Shown here in pieces: positions 21,307 through 30,742 of a stretch of 64,000 bases of DNA. A program made the position numbers and the translations under genes. The stretch covers positions 1,792,001 through 1,856,000 of the forward strand of contig CBDFLJ010000002.1 of assembly GCA_965248835.1 (NCBI GenBank), given 5' to 3'. The notes beneath the pieces were generated by a model. That model was not told the DNA's origin. It ran no database searches and saw nothing but the letters and a program-made list of their open reading frames with translations. Each line of letters starts with the position of its first letter. The stretch's first letter is position 1. This DNA comes from Alphaproteobacteria bacterium (lineage in GTDB: Bacteria; Pseudomonadota; Alphaproteobacteria; MPNO01).

Positions 21307-21636
21307 GAGCGTGCTGTCCGCCCCTCCCCGCCTGGAAGACAACCACTGGGTCATCGTCGGCAGGAACCCCGCGCGCATCTCACCGACCTCCAGAAGCCCT
21401 GGCGCCGCATCCGGGCCCGGGCCGGGCTCGACGACGCGCGAATCCATGACCTTCGTCACAGCTTTGCGTCCAGGGTCTTGGCCCTTGGCGAAAGTTTGCC
21501 GATGATCGGCAAGTTGCTCGGCCACACCCAGGTGCAGACAACCGCGCGGTACGCGCACCTCGCAAACGAGTCCGTGAAGGCATCCGGCTCACGCGTGGGC
21601 GACAGCATCGGCCTTCACATCGCTGGCGACGGATAA
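21307..21636 (+). pseudogene. Tyrosine integrase C-terminal fragment
   Basis: RIHDLRHSFAS...LLGH...TTARYAHL; N-terminal half missing. Confidence 0.88.
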
Positions 21637-21773
21637 AGTTAGGGTTCCTCATACGCCCCCGCGTGCGACGCCGACCAGCGCGGTAGGGCCAACGCGGAAC
21701 AACGACTCAGTCGATCCCCTGTCTGTGCCCTTGCGATAGGCCTTCTCTCAGTTGGGTCATTCCGGCCTTGCGG

Positions 21774-21793
21774 ATAGTCCATTTATAGACTAT
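21774..21793. promoter_or_regulatory. Palindromic candidate operator of the TA operon
   Basis: ATAGTC-CATTTATA-GACTAT, 20 bp upstream of the antitoxin start. Confidence 0.55.
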
Positions 21794-21813
21794 ATTGTCT
21801 TTAGGACACATAT

Positions 21814-22230
21814 ATGGAGCCTTCCATGACTGCACAAGCACGTCTGGCAACGGCGTTTGACCGCAAGGGCCTGTCTGGCCCGGCGTTGCGCACGTTCTTT
21901 CGAATCGCAGATCTCTGGAGCCTCTCGGTCGAGGAACAGATGACCCTACTCGGGCTGACAGCTCGATCGACCTTCTTCAAGTGGAAGAAGGACTCGAACG
22001 CTGTTCTGCCAAAGGATACGTTGGAGCGCATTTCCTACATCCTGGGCATCTACAAGGCACTTCAGCTCCTGCTCCCCGACGAAAAGGCGGCCGATGAATG
22101 GGTGAAGCGTCCGAACGCCGCACCACTGTTCGCTGGTCGGTCTGCTCTTGACCGGATGTTGTCCGGCCAGGTGGCGGACCTCTTCGTCGTACGGCAATAC
22201 CTCGACGCACAGCGGGGTGGTTGGGCATGA
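21814..22230 (+). CDS. MbcA/ParS/Xre antitoxin
   Basis: Xre-like HTH, ERISYILGIYKAL, W..RPN..PLF.G, VRQYLDA. Confidence 0.92.
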   Translation: MEPSMTAQARLATAFDRKGLSGPALRTFFRIADLWSLSVEEQMTLLGLTARSTFFKWKKDSNAVLPKDTLERISYILGIYKALQLLLPDEKAADEWVKRPNAAPLFAGRSALDRMLSGQVADLFVVRQYLDAQRGGWA

Positions 22231-22922
22231 CGTTGCCGGTTGCCCGCATCGAATGGAAGCCGTGCTGGCGGATCATCCCCAGCCGGTTTCCGCCCATTCA
22301 GCTCTTCGAGCGGGTGACCGATCCGGACGACCTTGAAGCGATCTTCGAGTTGGACGCGCTCACGAATCCCAGGCTTCGTGAAGAGGCTGGCGATATCGAA
22401 CTCGTACCGCCCGAAGACCGCATCAGTGGGCCCGGGACCTCCGTCATCATGGCAACTTTTACCCATCTGAACCCGAACGGCAGCCGGTTCTCGGATGGCA
22501 CTTATGGTGTTTTCTATGCCGCGAACGACCTCGACACCGCCATTGCCGAAACCAAGCACCATCGCGAGCGGTTCCTGAGCGCCACGGCCCAGGAGCACAT
22601 GGAACTGGACATGTGGGTCAATATGGTTGACCTCGACGGAGATCTGCATGACCTGCGCGGCCAGAAGGCCGCCCAGCCGCTCGTCTACCACAACGACAAC
22701 TACTCAGCGGGCCAGCATCTGGCGAGAACCCTGCGCGAGGCCGGGTCAAACGGGATTGCCTATGACAGCATCCGCCGGACAGGGGGCGAATGTGTCGCCG
22801 TGTTCCGACCTCCCCTTCTCTCGAACGCCCGCCAGGAGCGGCACCTCTGCTACGTATGGAACGGACTTCAAATTGTCACGGTCTACGAGAAAAGAGAATT
22901 CGGCGCCGACGGTAAGTCGTGA
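22227..22922 (+). CDS. RES domain toxin (NAD+ phosphorylase family)
   Basis: ATGA overlap with the antitoxin; RIIPSRFPP, SRFSDG.YGVFY, AET, YDSIRR. Confidence 0.92.
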   Translation: MTLPVARIEWKPCWRIIPSRFPPIQLFERVTDPDDLEAIFELDALTNPRLREEAGDIELVPPEDRISGPGTSVIMATFTHLNPNGSRFSDGTYGVFYAANDLDTAIAETKHHRERFLSATAQEHMELDMWVNMVDLDGDLHDLRGQKAAQPLVYHNDNYSAGQHLARTLREAGSNGIAYDSIRRTGGECVAVFRPPLLSNARQERHLCYVWNGLQIVTVYEKREFGADGKS

Positions 22923-23037
22923 CCTTCGTGTGAGGCACGTGTTGACAAGCACCCAGAACGCGACCTTGCAAGCCGATGTGGTGCAGGCCAAACGTCGGGC
23001 CGCCGACCGGCGGCCGGCAAACCGGGTTGCATCCCGG

Positions 23038-23541
23038 CTAGGGCGCATCCCATGGCCGCCAACGGGGTATCCAACGCGGCACGTTCGCCTTGTAGCGTCG
23101 ATAGTTTTCGCCGAACCGCCGTTCGAGACCCGGCTCCTCGACCAATGAGAAATAGAGCGTGTTGACGAGGAAAAAAACAAGCATCCAACCGGCCAGATGC
23201 CACGAGCCAAAGAAAAGCGACTCGGCACCGAGCATGAAAACCACACTCGTGATCATCGGATTTCGAACATGGCGGTAGGGCCCGCGAACAACCAGACGCT
23301 TCGGCGGATCCCATGGCGCAGGTGTACCCTCGCCGGCGGTCAGAAATAGCCTGACCGTCCAGACGGCAAAAACGAGTCCGGTGACAGCCAGAATAATGCC
23401 GATCCAGAACCTGGGTTGTGCGAGTCCCGCCGGCGCTATGGCCGCTGGCGAGTCGACCAAAAGCCATAGTATCGCGCCCGGAATGAAGACGAGGACCGTC
23501 CCCGGAAGGATGATGATAGTCTTGATGAGCTGCAGATTCAT
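23038..23541 (-). CDS. Isoprenylcysteine carboxylmethyltransferase/PEMT family membrane protein
   Basis: GTPAPWDPP..LV..GPYRHVRNPM, EE..L..RFGE.Y..Y. Confidence 0.9.
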   Translation of the reverse strand: MNLQLIKTIIILPGTVLVFIPGAILWLLVDSPAAIAPAGLAQPRFWIGIILAVTGLVFAVWTVRLFLTAGEGTPAPWDPPKRLVVRGPYRHVRNPMITSVVFMLGAESLFFGSWHLAGWMLVFFLVNTLYFSLVEEPGLERRFGENYRRYKANVPRWIPRWRPWDAP

Positions 23542-23708
23542 CCGGGTCCCTGATGAAATGTCGTCACGATTGTTGCGGACGCCGTCATGAAAGCACCGCC
23601 GACCCAAATCTACAGATCCGACACTTCGGTAATACGATAAAGCCGATCAACAAGGCGAACGGCCGGCGCGGAATCCTCTGTCAAACGGGGATAAAGAAAC
23701 CGGTGCCA

Positions 23709-23744
23709 CAATTCACCCAATTCACCCAATCCAACGAATTCAAT
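23709..23744. repeat. Degenerate 9-bp tandem repeat (CAATTCACC x2 plus two variants)
   Basis: caattcacc caattcacc caatccaac gaattcaat at the probable island edge. Confidence 0.5.
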
Positions 23745-24906
23745 CCAGCTTCGGTTGGAGCCGATCGAGTGCGTGCGACAGGGTTTCGGGATCGGCGGCG
23801 AAGCACAGCCTGAGCCGGCCCTCGCCTTCCACGCCGAAGGCGCGCCCAGGCGCCAGGCCGACACCGGCGGTCTCGATCAACTCGCGCGCGAAGGCCAGGC
23901 TGTCGCGCACGCCGTCGACCGCGAAGAAGGCATAGAACGCCCCGTCGGGATGGGGCAGCCGGACCCGGCGCATGGCTCCCAACCGCTGGACCACCAGGTC
24001 GCGGTTCCGCCGGTAGCGCTCGAGGATCTGCTGGACGAACGGCTCGCCGTCCTCGACCGCGGTGACGCCGGCATGCTGGACGAAAGTCGTCGGGCCGGCC
24101 AGGTTGTACTCGTTGAGCTTGGCAAAGCTCTCGCCCAGTTCCGGGGCGTGGGTCAGCCAGCCCAGCCGCCAGCCGGTCATCGACCAGGACTTCGAGAAGC
24201 TGTTGATGACGATAACCCGGTCCTCGGGCTCGGCGATGTCGAGCATCGAGGGCGCGCGCGGGCCATTGAAGGCGAGCCGGATATAGACCTCGTCGGCGAC
24301 CACGTAGATCCCGCGCGGCCGGCACCATTGGAGCAGCGCGTGCTGGTCCTCGGCGGTCATCACCCAGCCGGTCGGGTTGGCCGGCGAATTGACGAACACC
24401 GCCACGGTGCGCTCGTCGCATGCGGCGAAGACCTTTTCCACATCGAGCCGCCAGCCGCCGTCCGCTGCGACATCCAGCGCAACGATCCGCGATCCGCCAC
24501 CCATCACGTGGATGGTCTCCACGCAGTTGGGCCAGACCGGACCCACGGCCACCATGTTGTCGCCCGGCGCCACCAGAAGCTGGGAGACCAGCATGATCGC
24601 GCTCATCCCCGAGGCGGTGACGGTGATCCGCTCGACATCAATCGGCCTGTCGTGAAGGGCGCTGACATAGCGCGACAGCGCGGTCCTCAGCGGCGGGATG
24701 CCGCGGTTCTGGGTATAGAAGACGTGATCGGCCGCCAGCGCCCGGTTCGCCGCCTGCTTGATGAAATCGGGCGTCGGCGTGTCCGGCTCGCCGAACCACA
24801 GCGGGATCACGTCCGCCCGGCCCATATTGTCGTCGGCTACCGCACGGATCAGCGATCCGCCAAGCTCGGCGATCTCCGGGCGCATGAGCCGGCGCATATC
24901 GACCAT
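23740..24906 (-). CDS. PLP-dependent aminotransferase class I/II
   Basis: GEPD, NSPANPTG, DEVY, SFSKSWSMTGWRLG. Confidence 0.93.
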   Translation of the reverse strand: MVDMRRLMRPEIAELGGSLIRAVADDNMGRADVIPLWFGEPDTPTPDFIKQAANRALAADHVFYTQNRGIPPLRTALSRYVSALHDRPIDVERITVTASGMSAIMLVSQLLVAPGDNMVAVGPVWPNCVETIHVMGGGSRIVALDVAADGGWRLDVEKVFAACDERTVAVFVNSPANPTGWVMTAEDQHALLQWCRPRGIYVVADEVYIRLAFNGPRAPSMLDIAEPEDRVIVINSFSKSWSMTGWRLGWLTHAPELGESFAKLNEYNLAGPTTFVQHAGVTAVEDGEPFVQQILERYRRNRDLVVQRLGAMRRVRLPHPDGAFYAFFAVDGVRDSLAFARELIETAGVGLAPGRAFGVEGEGRLRLCFAADPETLSHALDRLQPKLD

Positions 24907-25006
24907 CGGCCTCTCCCGAATGTTCTCCCGCCGATCCAGCTTAGACGCCGGGACCGGCAATGAGTAGGGTTCGCTCATAGCACGAGCCATTTCGGGAAGC
25001 GGGGCG

Positions 25007-25933
25007 GTGAAGGCGATCCGGATCGAACGCCACGGCGGCAGCGAGGTGATGGACCTGGCCGAGGTCGCGCTGCCCAGGATCGCGCCGGGCGAGGTGTTGG
25101 TCGCCGTCAGCGCCGCCGCGATCAACCCGGTCGACTGGAAGATCCGCGAGGGCCTGCTCAAGGACCGGTTCACGCTGCGCATGCCCCATGTGCTGGGTCG
25201 CGATTTCGCCGGCGTCGTCGCCGCGACCGGACAGGATGTCCGGCGATTTGCGGTCGGCGATCGGGTCTGGGGAGCCGCGCCCGGCACCCGCTGGGGCAGC
25301 CACGCCGAGTACCTTGCCGTCGCCGAAGACATGGTCGGGCGCGCGCCGGAGGCGCTTTCCGATGTCGAGGCGGCGGCGATGCCGCTGGCCGCGCTGAGCG
25401 CGCTTGCCGGAATCCAGGCATCGGGGCTGGCCGCGGGCGAGCGCATCCTGATCCATGCCGGAGCCGGCGGGGTCGGTGGGCTCGCCATCCAAATGGCCAA
25501 GCACCGCGGCGCCGAAGTCGCAACCACCGTCGGGCCGAGGAACATGGACTATGTGCGCGCCCTCGGCGCCGACATCGCGATCGATTACCGGGAAGGGGAT
25601 TTCGCCGCAGCGATCAGCGATTGCGATGTCGTGCTGGATACCATGGGCGGCGAGGTCCACCGCCACTCGTTTGCCGTCCTCAAGCCGGGCGGACGGCTCG
25701 CCTTCCTGATCGCAGCCCCGTTAGACAAGACCCCGCCGCGTGCCGACATCTCGGTGATGCACGCCCGCGTCTCCTACGACAACGAAAGCCTCGAACGCAT
25801 CGCGACGATGGTCGAGGCCGGCGCGATCGCCCCGCAGGTCGAAACGACTCTGCCGCTGGAGCGCGCCGTCGAGGGCTATGACTTGAGCCGCACCGGCCAT
25901 GCCCGCGGCAAGATCGTCCTGACCATCCGATAG
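25007..25933 (+). CDS. NADP-dependent MDR oxidoreductase
   Basis: INPVDWK, GRDFAG, AGAGGVG, GHARGKIVL. Confidence 0.92.
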   Translation: MKAIRIERHGGSEVMDLAEVALPRIAPGEVLVAVSAAAINPVDWKIREGLLKDRFTLRMPHVLGRDFAGVVAATGQDVRRFAVGDRVWGAAPGTRWGSHAEYLAVAEDMVGRAPEALSDVEAAAMPLAALSALAGIQASGLAAGERILIHAGAGGVGGLAIQMAKHRGAEVATTVGPRNMDYVRALGADIAIDYREGDFAAAISDCDVVLDTMGGEVHRHSFAVLKPGGRLAFLIAAPLDKTPPRADISVMHARVSYDNESLERIATMVEAGAIAPQVETTLPLERAVEGYDLSRTGHARGKIVLTIR

Positions 25934-25954
25934 GAACCGCAAGGGAGCTTTGAC

Positions 25955-26788
25955 ATGCCAAGACGGATCGAACACGCCTGCGTTCTCACCGAGATCGATG
26001 AAGAGGGCATCGCCTGGGTGAACTTCAACCGCCCGGAAAAGCGCAACGCCATGAGCCCGCAGCTCCATTACGACATGGAGGCGGTGATGATGGAGATCGA
26101 GACCGATGAGGAGGTCAAGGTCACCGTGCTGACCGGCGCGGGCGAGTCGTGGAGCGCCGGGATGGACCTGCGCGAGTATTTCCGCGCGACCGACAAGGAT
26201 CCGACCGCGCAGTTCCGCTCGTTCACCGCGAACCGCCACTGGAGCTGGGATATCCTGTCAATGTCGCGAAAGCCGACCATCGCGATGGTCAACGGCTATT
26301 GCTTCGGCGGGGCGTTCATCCCGCTTTGCGCCTGCGACATCGTGATCACCGCCGAAGATGCAGTCTTCGGCCTGTCGGAGATCAACTGGGGCATCCTGCC
26401 AGGGGGGATCGTCTCCAAGGTGATCCAGGACTTCCTCGCCCAGCGCGATGCGATCTTCTATGCGATGACCGGGCGGACCTTCAACGGCACCCAGGCGGTC
26501 GAGATGAAGCTCGCCAATATCGCCGTGCCGCGCGACCGCCTGAAGGACGAGACGCTCGCGCTGGCCCGCGAGCTGATGGAAAAGAACCCGACCGTCCTCG
26601 GCTACACCAAGCAGGCGGTCAAGGCGGTACGCCAGATGGATGTCGACATGGCCTACGAATACCTGCGCGCCAAGTCGTTCGCCCTGCGCTTCGCCGATGC
26701 CGAGGACACCCGCGAACGCGGCATGACCGAGTTCCTGGACAACAAGACCTACCGCCCCGGCTTCGCCCCGGTGGGCAAGGGGTCCTGA
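25955..26788 (+). CDS. ech: p-hydroxycinnamoyl-CoA hydratase/lyase
   Basis: NRPEKRNAMSP, WSAGMDLREYFR, GYCFGG, SEINWGI.PGG, FLD.K.YRPG. Confidence 0.9.
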   Translation: MPRRIEHACVLTEIDEEGIAWVNFNRPEKRNAMSPQLHYDMEAVMMEIETDEEVKVTVLTGAGESWSAGMDLREYFRATDKDPTAQFRSFTANRHWSWDILSMSRKPTIAMVNGYCFGGAFIPLCACDIVITAEDAVFGLSEINWGILPGGIVSKVIQDFLAQRDAIFYAMTGRTFNGTQAVEMKLANIAVPRDRLKDETLALARELMEKNPTVLGYTKQAVKAVRQMDVDMAYEYLRAKSFALRFADAEDTRERGMTEFLDNKTYRPGFAPVGKGS

Positions 26789-26827
26789 CGCCCGATATCG
26801 GCATGGTATCAGGCGCCGAAGCGGGCC

Positions 26828-27742
26828 TCATCCTCCCGCGGTTTCGGCAGAAGGTGCCGAGGACGCCACGGCGGGGCGCTGCCGGCGGTCGGATTCGGTC
26901 TGCGCGATGAAGCTGCGCCAGACTGGGGCGATCCGGGCGCCCTGCAGATCCGACACCTCGGGGTAGGGAACCACGTTGAAGACGCTGTCCCATTCCGCGC
27001 GCGTCATCACCGGGTCGTGGTAACGCGCGTTCGGGAGAAGCCGGTGAATCCTTTCTGCCGCTTCGGTCGGGTGGACCGGATCACAACCGCCGGTCACCAC
27101 CGCGGGAACCTCGATCGATGCCCATTGCGCCTCGCTCGCGCGGCAGCCGGCAGTCGGCAGGTCGCCGCTGGTGGTGAAGAACGCCTCCCAATAAGCCCTT
27201 TGGCGGACGAACCGGTGCGGCTCCATGGCCAGCAGGCGGTTGCGGTTGGCCGGGTTCCGCCTGATCGAGGCGGCGAACAGCGGTGTCTCGGCGACCGCCT
27301 CCATGCCGTGCCGCAGCGCCGCCTGTATGTAGGGCCGATAGATGCTTCGGGGCAGACGCTCGGCCGGCACCTCGCCGCCCGACGGCCAGGCGAGCATCAG
27401 CCCGCGAACCAGCTCCGGGTGCTTCAGGCACAACAAGGGGCTCGTCCGGCAGCCGGCGTATTCACCGACATAGCAGGGCGCGATGCCGAGCTCTCGGATC
27501 AGCGCGGCGAGTTGATCCGCCCACAAATCCGCTTCCGAGCCGTCGCCTTGGATCACCACGCTCGCGCCGCCCTCGGTGTTCGAGCGGTCCCAGGTCACGA
27601 CGCGGCAATCGCGGGCGAGCTCGGCTGCGACCACGCGCAGGACATCGCCGCCCCATCTTCCGCCGGGCGTCAGCACGACCGGAACCCCCTGGCCGCGCGC
27701 CTCGTATTCCAGATCGTAGCCGTCGAAAGAAAGTTGGGCCAT
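26828..27742 (-). CDS. Alpha/beta-fold hydrolase, atypical nucleophile motif
   Basis: LTPGGR, WDR, GEYAGCR in place of GxSxG, DPVHP. Confidence 0.8.
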   Translation of the reverse strand: MAQLSFDGYDLEYEARGQGVPVVLTPGGRWGGDVLRVVAAELARDCRVVTWDRSNTEGGASVVIQGDGSEADLWADQLAALIRELGIAPCYVGEYAGCRTSPLLCLKHPELVRGLMLAWPSGGEVPAERLPRSIYRPYIQAALRHGMEAVAETPLFAASIRRNPANRNRLLAMEPHRFVRQRAYWEAFFTTSGDLPTAGCRASEAQWASIEVPAVVTGGCDPVHPTEAAERIHRLLPNARYHDPVMTRAEWDSVFNVVPYPEVSDLQGARIAPVWRSFIAQTESDRRQRPAVASSAPSAETAGG

Positions 27743-27797
27743 TGCGGCTCCTCGGGTCCGGTTGCCGGCCGCATCGAACCGGCAGGCGGCCGCAGGG

Positions 27798-29102
27798 CTA
27801 CGCGCGATCCGGCGCGCAACCGTGCAGGGCGTTGCGCTGAAGCGCGACCTCGACATGGGGCCGGATGTCGATGATTTCCGCGCTCGCACCCTGGTCCGTG
27901 GTGGCGAGCGCAACCGGGCCGCCGCCCTCGGCGTTCAACTGCCAGACCTCGGGCATCAAATCTGGTGGACGTTTCCATTCCGTCATCGGTCTGCCGGCGA
28001 GCATGGCGTCGAGCTCCCTGCGATAGAGTCTGCGGATGGCGATCACGCCGGCGTCGCCGCGGCCGAGATGCTCCGCGGCTCGGTTCGCGACCGTGCCCTG
28101 CCCGACTTGGGCGATGTCGTCCTGCAGGCGCACCAGGTCGACCCGGCCGCGGTCCACGTCCTGGAGGCTCATCCGGCCGCCGAGGATCGCTCGGCAGACC
28201 TCCTGGTGCGCAAGATCGATGGCTGCGCACCGGCGCGCGCGGCGCTCCTTGAACCGTCGCGCCGCCTCACCCTTGACCGGGACCCGGTGCAGGCTGAACT
28301 GGATGTGCCGCGCGTCGTCGATCGGGACCCACCAGAACAGCGATTCCTGCCAGCCGATGTCGCGTTCGGTCGGCAACGCGGTCATGTAGAAGACATTGGG
28401 CATCCCGAACTGCTGGACCCTGCGCGCCCCGTCCGGCCGCTTGAACGTGTAGGTGACGCCCCATTCGGATTCCTCGGCCACCAGGCGCCGGCCCAACCCG
28501 ATGCCGCCGAAGGATGCCGGGTTGTCGGAATGCACGAAGCCGACATGGCTCATGTCCAATGCGTTCTCGACGTTCTGGAATTGGTTGCACTCGCGCAGGT
28601 AGGAATCGATTTCGACGAGCCCGTCGAAGCGTTCGAACATCGGAAAAAGCGGCAGGTCGGGCGGCGTACCCTCGCCCAGGAACGCGAACACCAGCCCGAG
28701 ATACTCGCGCGTCGGCCAGGAGCGGATGCGAATCTTGTGGGCAAACTCCGACTCCTCGGCCGGCTGCTCGATGCAGCGGCCATCGCTTGCGAATTTCCAT
28801 CCGTGATAGAAGCAGCGCAGCCCCTCCCCTTCGATCCGGCCGGCCGAAAGCTGCGTCCCGCGATGCGGGCACCTTCCGTCGACGAGATGGATGCTCCCGT
28901 TCTCGCCGCGGTAGAGCGTCAACAGCTCGCACATGATCTTCAGCGGAACCGCCTGGCCGGGCTTCAGGTCCGTGGAATGGTAGACCGGCTGCCAAAACTG
29001 CCGAAGATAGGCGCCGGCTGGCGTCCCCGGGCCGGAGAGCGTGAAGTCGCTCCGGTCGGATTGCTGGAAGGACTGCGGCATCGGCCGGGAATCCGGGCTC
29101 AT
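27798..29102 (-). CDS. Rieske oxygenase alpha subunit (phthalate 4,5-dioxygenase/LigX-like)
   Basis: GPGTPAG.YLR.FWQP, CPHRG...CFYHGW, ENALDMSHVGFVH. Confidence 0.9.
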   Translation of the reverse strand: MSPDSRPMPQSFQQSDRSDFTLSGPGTPAGAYLRQFWQPVYHSTDLKPGQAVPLKIMCELLTLYRGENGSIHLVDGRCPHRGTQLSAGRIEGEGLRCFYHGWKFASDGRCIEQPAEESEFAHKIRIRSWPTREYLGLVFAFLGEGTPPDLPLFPMFERFDGLVEIDSYLRECNQFQNVENALDMSHVGFVHSDNPASFGGIGLGRRLVAEESEWGVTYTFKRPDGARRVQQFGMPNVFYMTALPTERDIGWQESLFWWVPIDDARHIQFSLHRVPVKGEAARRFKERRARRCAAIDLAHQEVCRAILGGRMSLQDVDRGRVDLVRLQDDIAQVGQGTVANRAAEHLGRGDAGVIAIRRLYRRELDAMLAGRPMTEWKRPPDLMPEVWQLNAEGGGPVALATTDQGASAEIIDIRPHVEVALQRNALHGCAPDRA

Positions 29103-29132
29103 TGTCTCGGCTCTCCCTCTCGACCTCGACGA

Positions 29133-30734
29133 TCACGGGCGCTTGAGCGCGCGCAGGTCATGGCAGCCTGCAAGGCCGCGCGGGTCGCCGCCGGCTTCGG
29201 CCAGCGTGACCTTGCGGACCTTGTTGGTCGCGGTCATCGGCAATGCATCGACGAACATCACATAGCCCGGCGCCTTGTAGTAGGCGAGCCGCGCGCGGCA
29301 CCAGGCGAGCAGGTCCTCGGCGGTCTCCCGCGTTGCCTCGCCCCCCGGCGGCGGGACGACGAAGGCCATCACCTCTTCGTCGCGCAGCGCATCGGGCACG
29401 GCGATCACCGCGATTTCGGCCACCGCGTCGTGGGCGCCGAGCACGGTCTCGATCTCGAGCGCGGCGATGTTCTCGCCGCTGCGCCGGATGATGTTCTTCG
29501 AGCGGTCGACGAACGCGAGCGAGCCGTCGGCGGTCCGGGCGACGATGTCGCCGGTATGGAACCAGCCGCCCTCCCAGGACGCCTCGGTGGCCGCGTCGTC
29601 CTTGTAGTAGCCGGCGAAGAATCCCCGCCGCGGTGCGGCGGCCGAATTGCGCACCAGGAAGTGGCCGGGTGTGCCGTTCGCGCATTCGGCGCCCGCCTCG
29701 TCGACGACGCGGACCTCGCAGGTGCGCGGCCTGCCGAAATTCCGCGTGCCGACGTGGCGCGGCTCGCGGTCGGCCGACAGGGTCGCACCGGACCCGGTCT
29801 CGGTCATTGCCCAGGCCTCGATCAGCGCGAAGCCGAACCGGGCCTCGAAGGCTTGGTGGTGGGCCGGATCGAGGTTGGCGCCGAAACCGAACCGGACCGC
29901 ATTGTCGCGGTCGTCATCGCGCGCCGGCAGTCCCATCAGGATCGCCGGCATCACGCCCAGATAGTGGATGATCGTCGCCGCGGTCTCGCGCACGTCCGCC
30001 CAGAACCGCGAGGGGTGGAACCGGTCGAGCTGCACCACCGTGTTGCGGCTCATCATCATCGCGGTGCTCGAGCACGCCATCGCGTTGATGTGGAACATCG
30101 GCAGCGGTGTCAGCAGCCGGTCCTCGCCCGGCCGCACCCGCGCCAGCAGACCCTGGTCGAGATACCACTGGCCCAGCCCGGTGAAATAGGCGTTGGTGAG
30201 CATGCAGCCCTTGGGGCGGCCGGTCGTGCCCGAGGTGTAGAGCAGCCCGCACTCGCTGTCGGGTCCCGGCCGGCCGGCGTGCGGTGGCCGCGGCGCGGCG
30301 GGGAATTCGGCCGCTTCGGAATCGATCACCGGCACCTTGGCCTCGCGGTCCGACGCCGCGGCGACATCGTCCGTGCGCTCGGCGATCGACACCGCCAGCA
30401 CCGAATCGCTGTGCGCCAGGAGATACGCCGTCTCGTCGACCTGATGGTAGGGATTGATCGGCACCACCGAGACACCGAGCGCGTTCAGCGCGAGCCAATG
30501 GATGAAATAGTCCGGCCGGTTCTCCAGCAGGATCGCCACGCGGTGGCCGTGGCCATAGCCGGCCCGCGCGTAGCGGTCGCGGCAGGCCTCAACGCGCGCC
30601 AGTAGGTCCTCGTAGCTCAGCGTGACGCCGGCGGGCGCATAGGCCGCCGCGGCGCCGGGCGGGATCACCAGGAACGGGTGGGAAGGTGCCGCGCGCGCCG
30701 AGGCAACGAAGGCATCGAAGACACTGTCGGGCAT
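29133..30734 (-). CDS. AMP-binding acyl-CoA ligase (CaiC-like)
   Basis: YTSGTTGRPKG, AMTETG, WFHTGD, RRSGENI. Confidence 0.92.
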   Translation of the reverse strand: MPDSVFDAFVASARAAPSHPFLVIPPGAAAAYAPAGVTLSYEDLLARVEACRDRYARAGYGHGHRVAILLENRPDYFIHWLALNALGVSVVPINPYHQVDETAYLLAHSDSVLAVSIAERTDDVAAASDREAKVPVIDSEAAEFPAAPRPPHAGRPGPDSECGLLYTSGTTGRPKGCMLTNAYFTGLGQWYLDQGLLARVRPGEDRLLTPLPMFHINAMACSSTAMMMSRNTVVQLDRFHPSRFWADVRETAATIIHYLGVMPAILMGLPARDDDRDNAVRFGFGANLDPAHHQAFEARFGFALIEAWAMTETGSGATLSADREPRHVGTRNFGRPRTCEVRVVDEAGAECANGTPGHFLVRNSAAAPRRGFFAGYYKDDAATEASWEGGWFHTGDIVARTADGSLAFVDRSKNIIRRSGENIAALEIETVLGAHDAVAEIAVIAVPDALRDEEVMAFVVPPPGGEATRETAEDLLAWCRARLAYYKAPGYVMFVDALPMTATNKVRKVTLAEAGGDPRGLAGCHDLRALKRP

Positions 30735-30742
30735 CGCCGTTC

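Noticed and set aside
27762-30605. 947-aa plus-strand ORF and many similar long antisense ORFs
   Set aside because: Shadow frames of real genes in high-GC DNA; no motifs, Arg/Ala/Gly-rich
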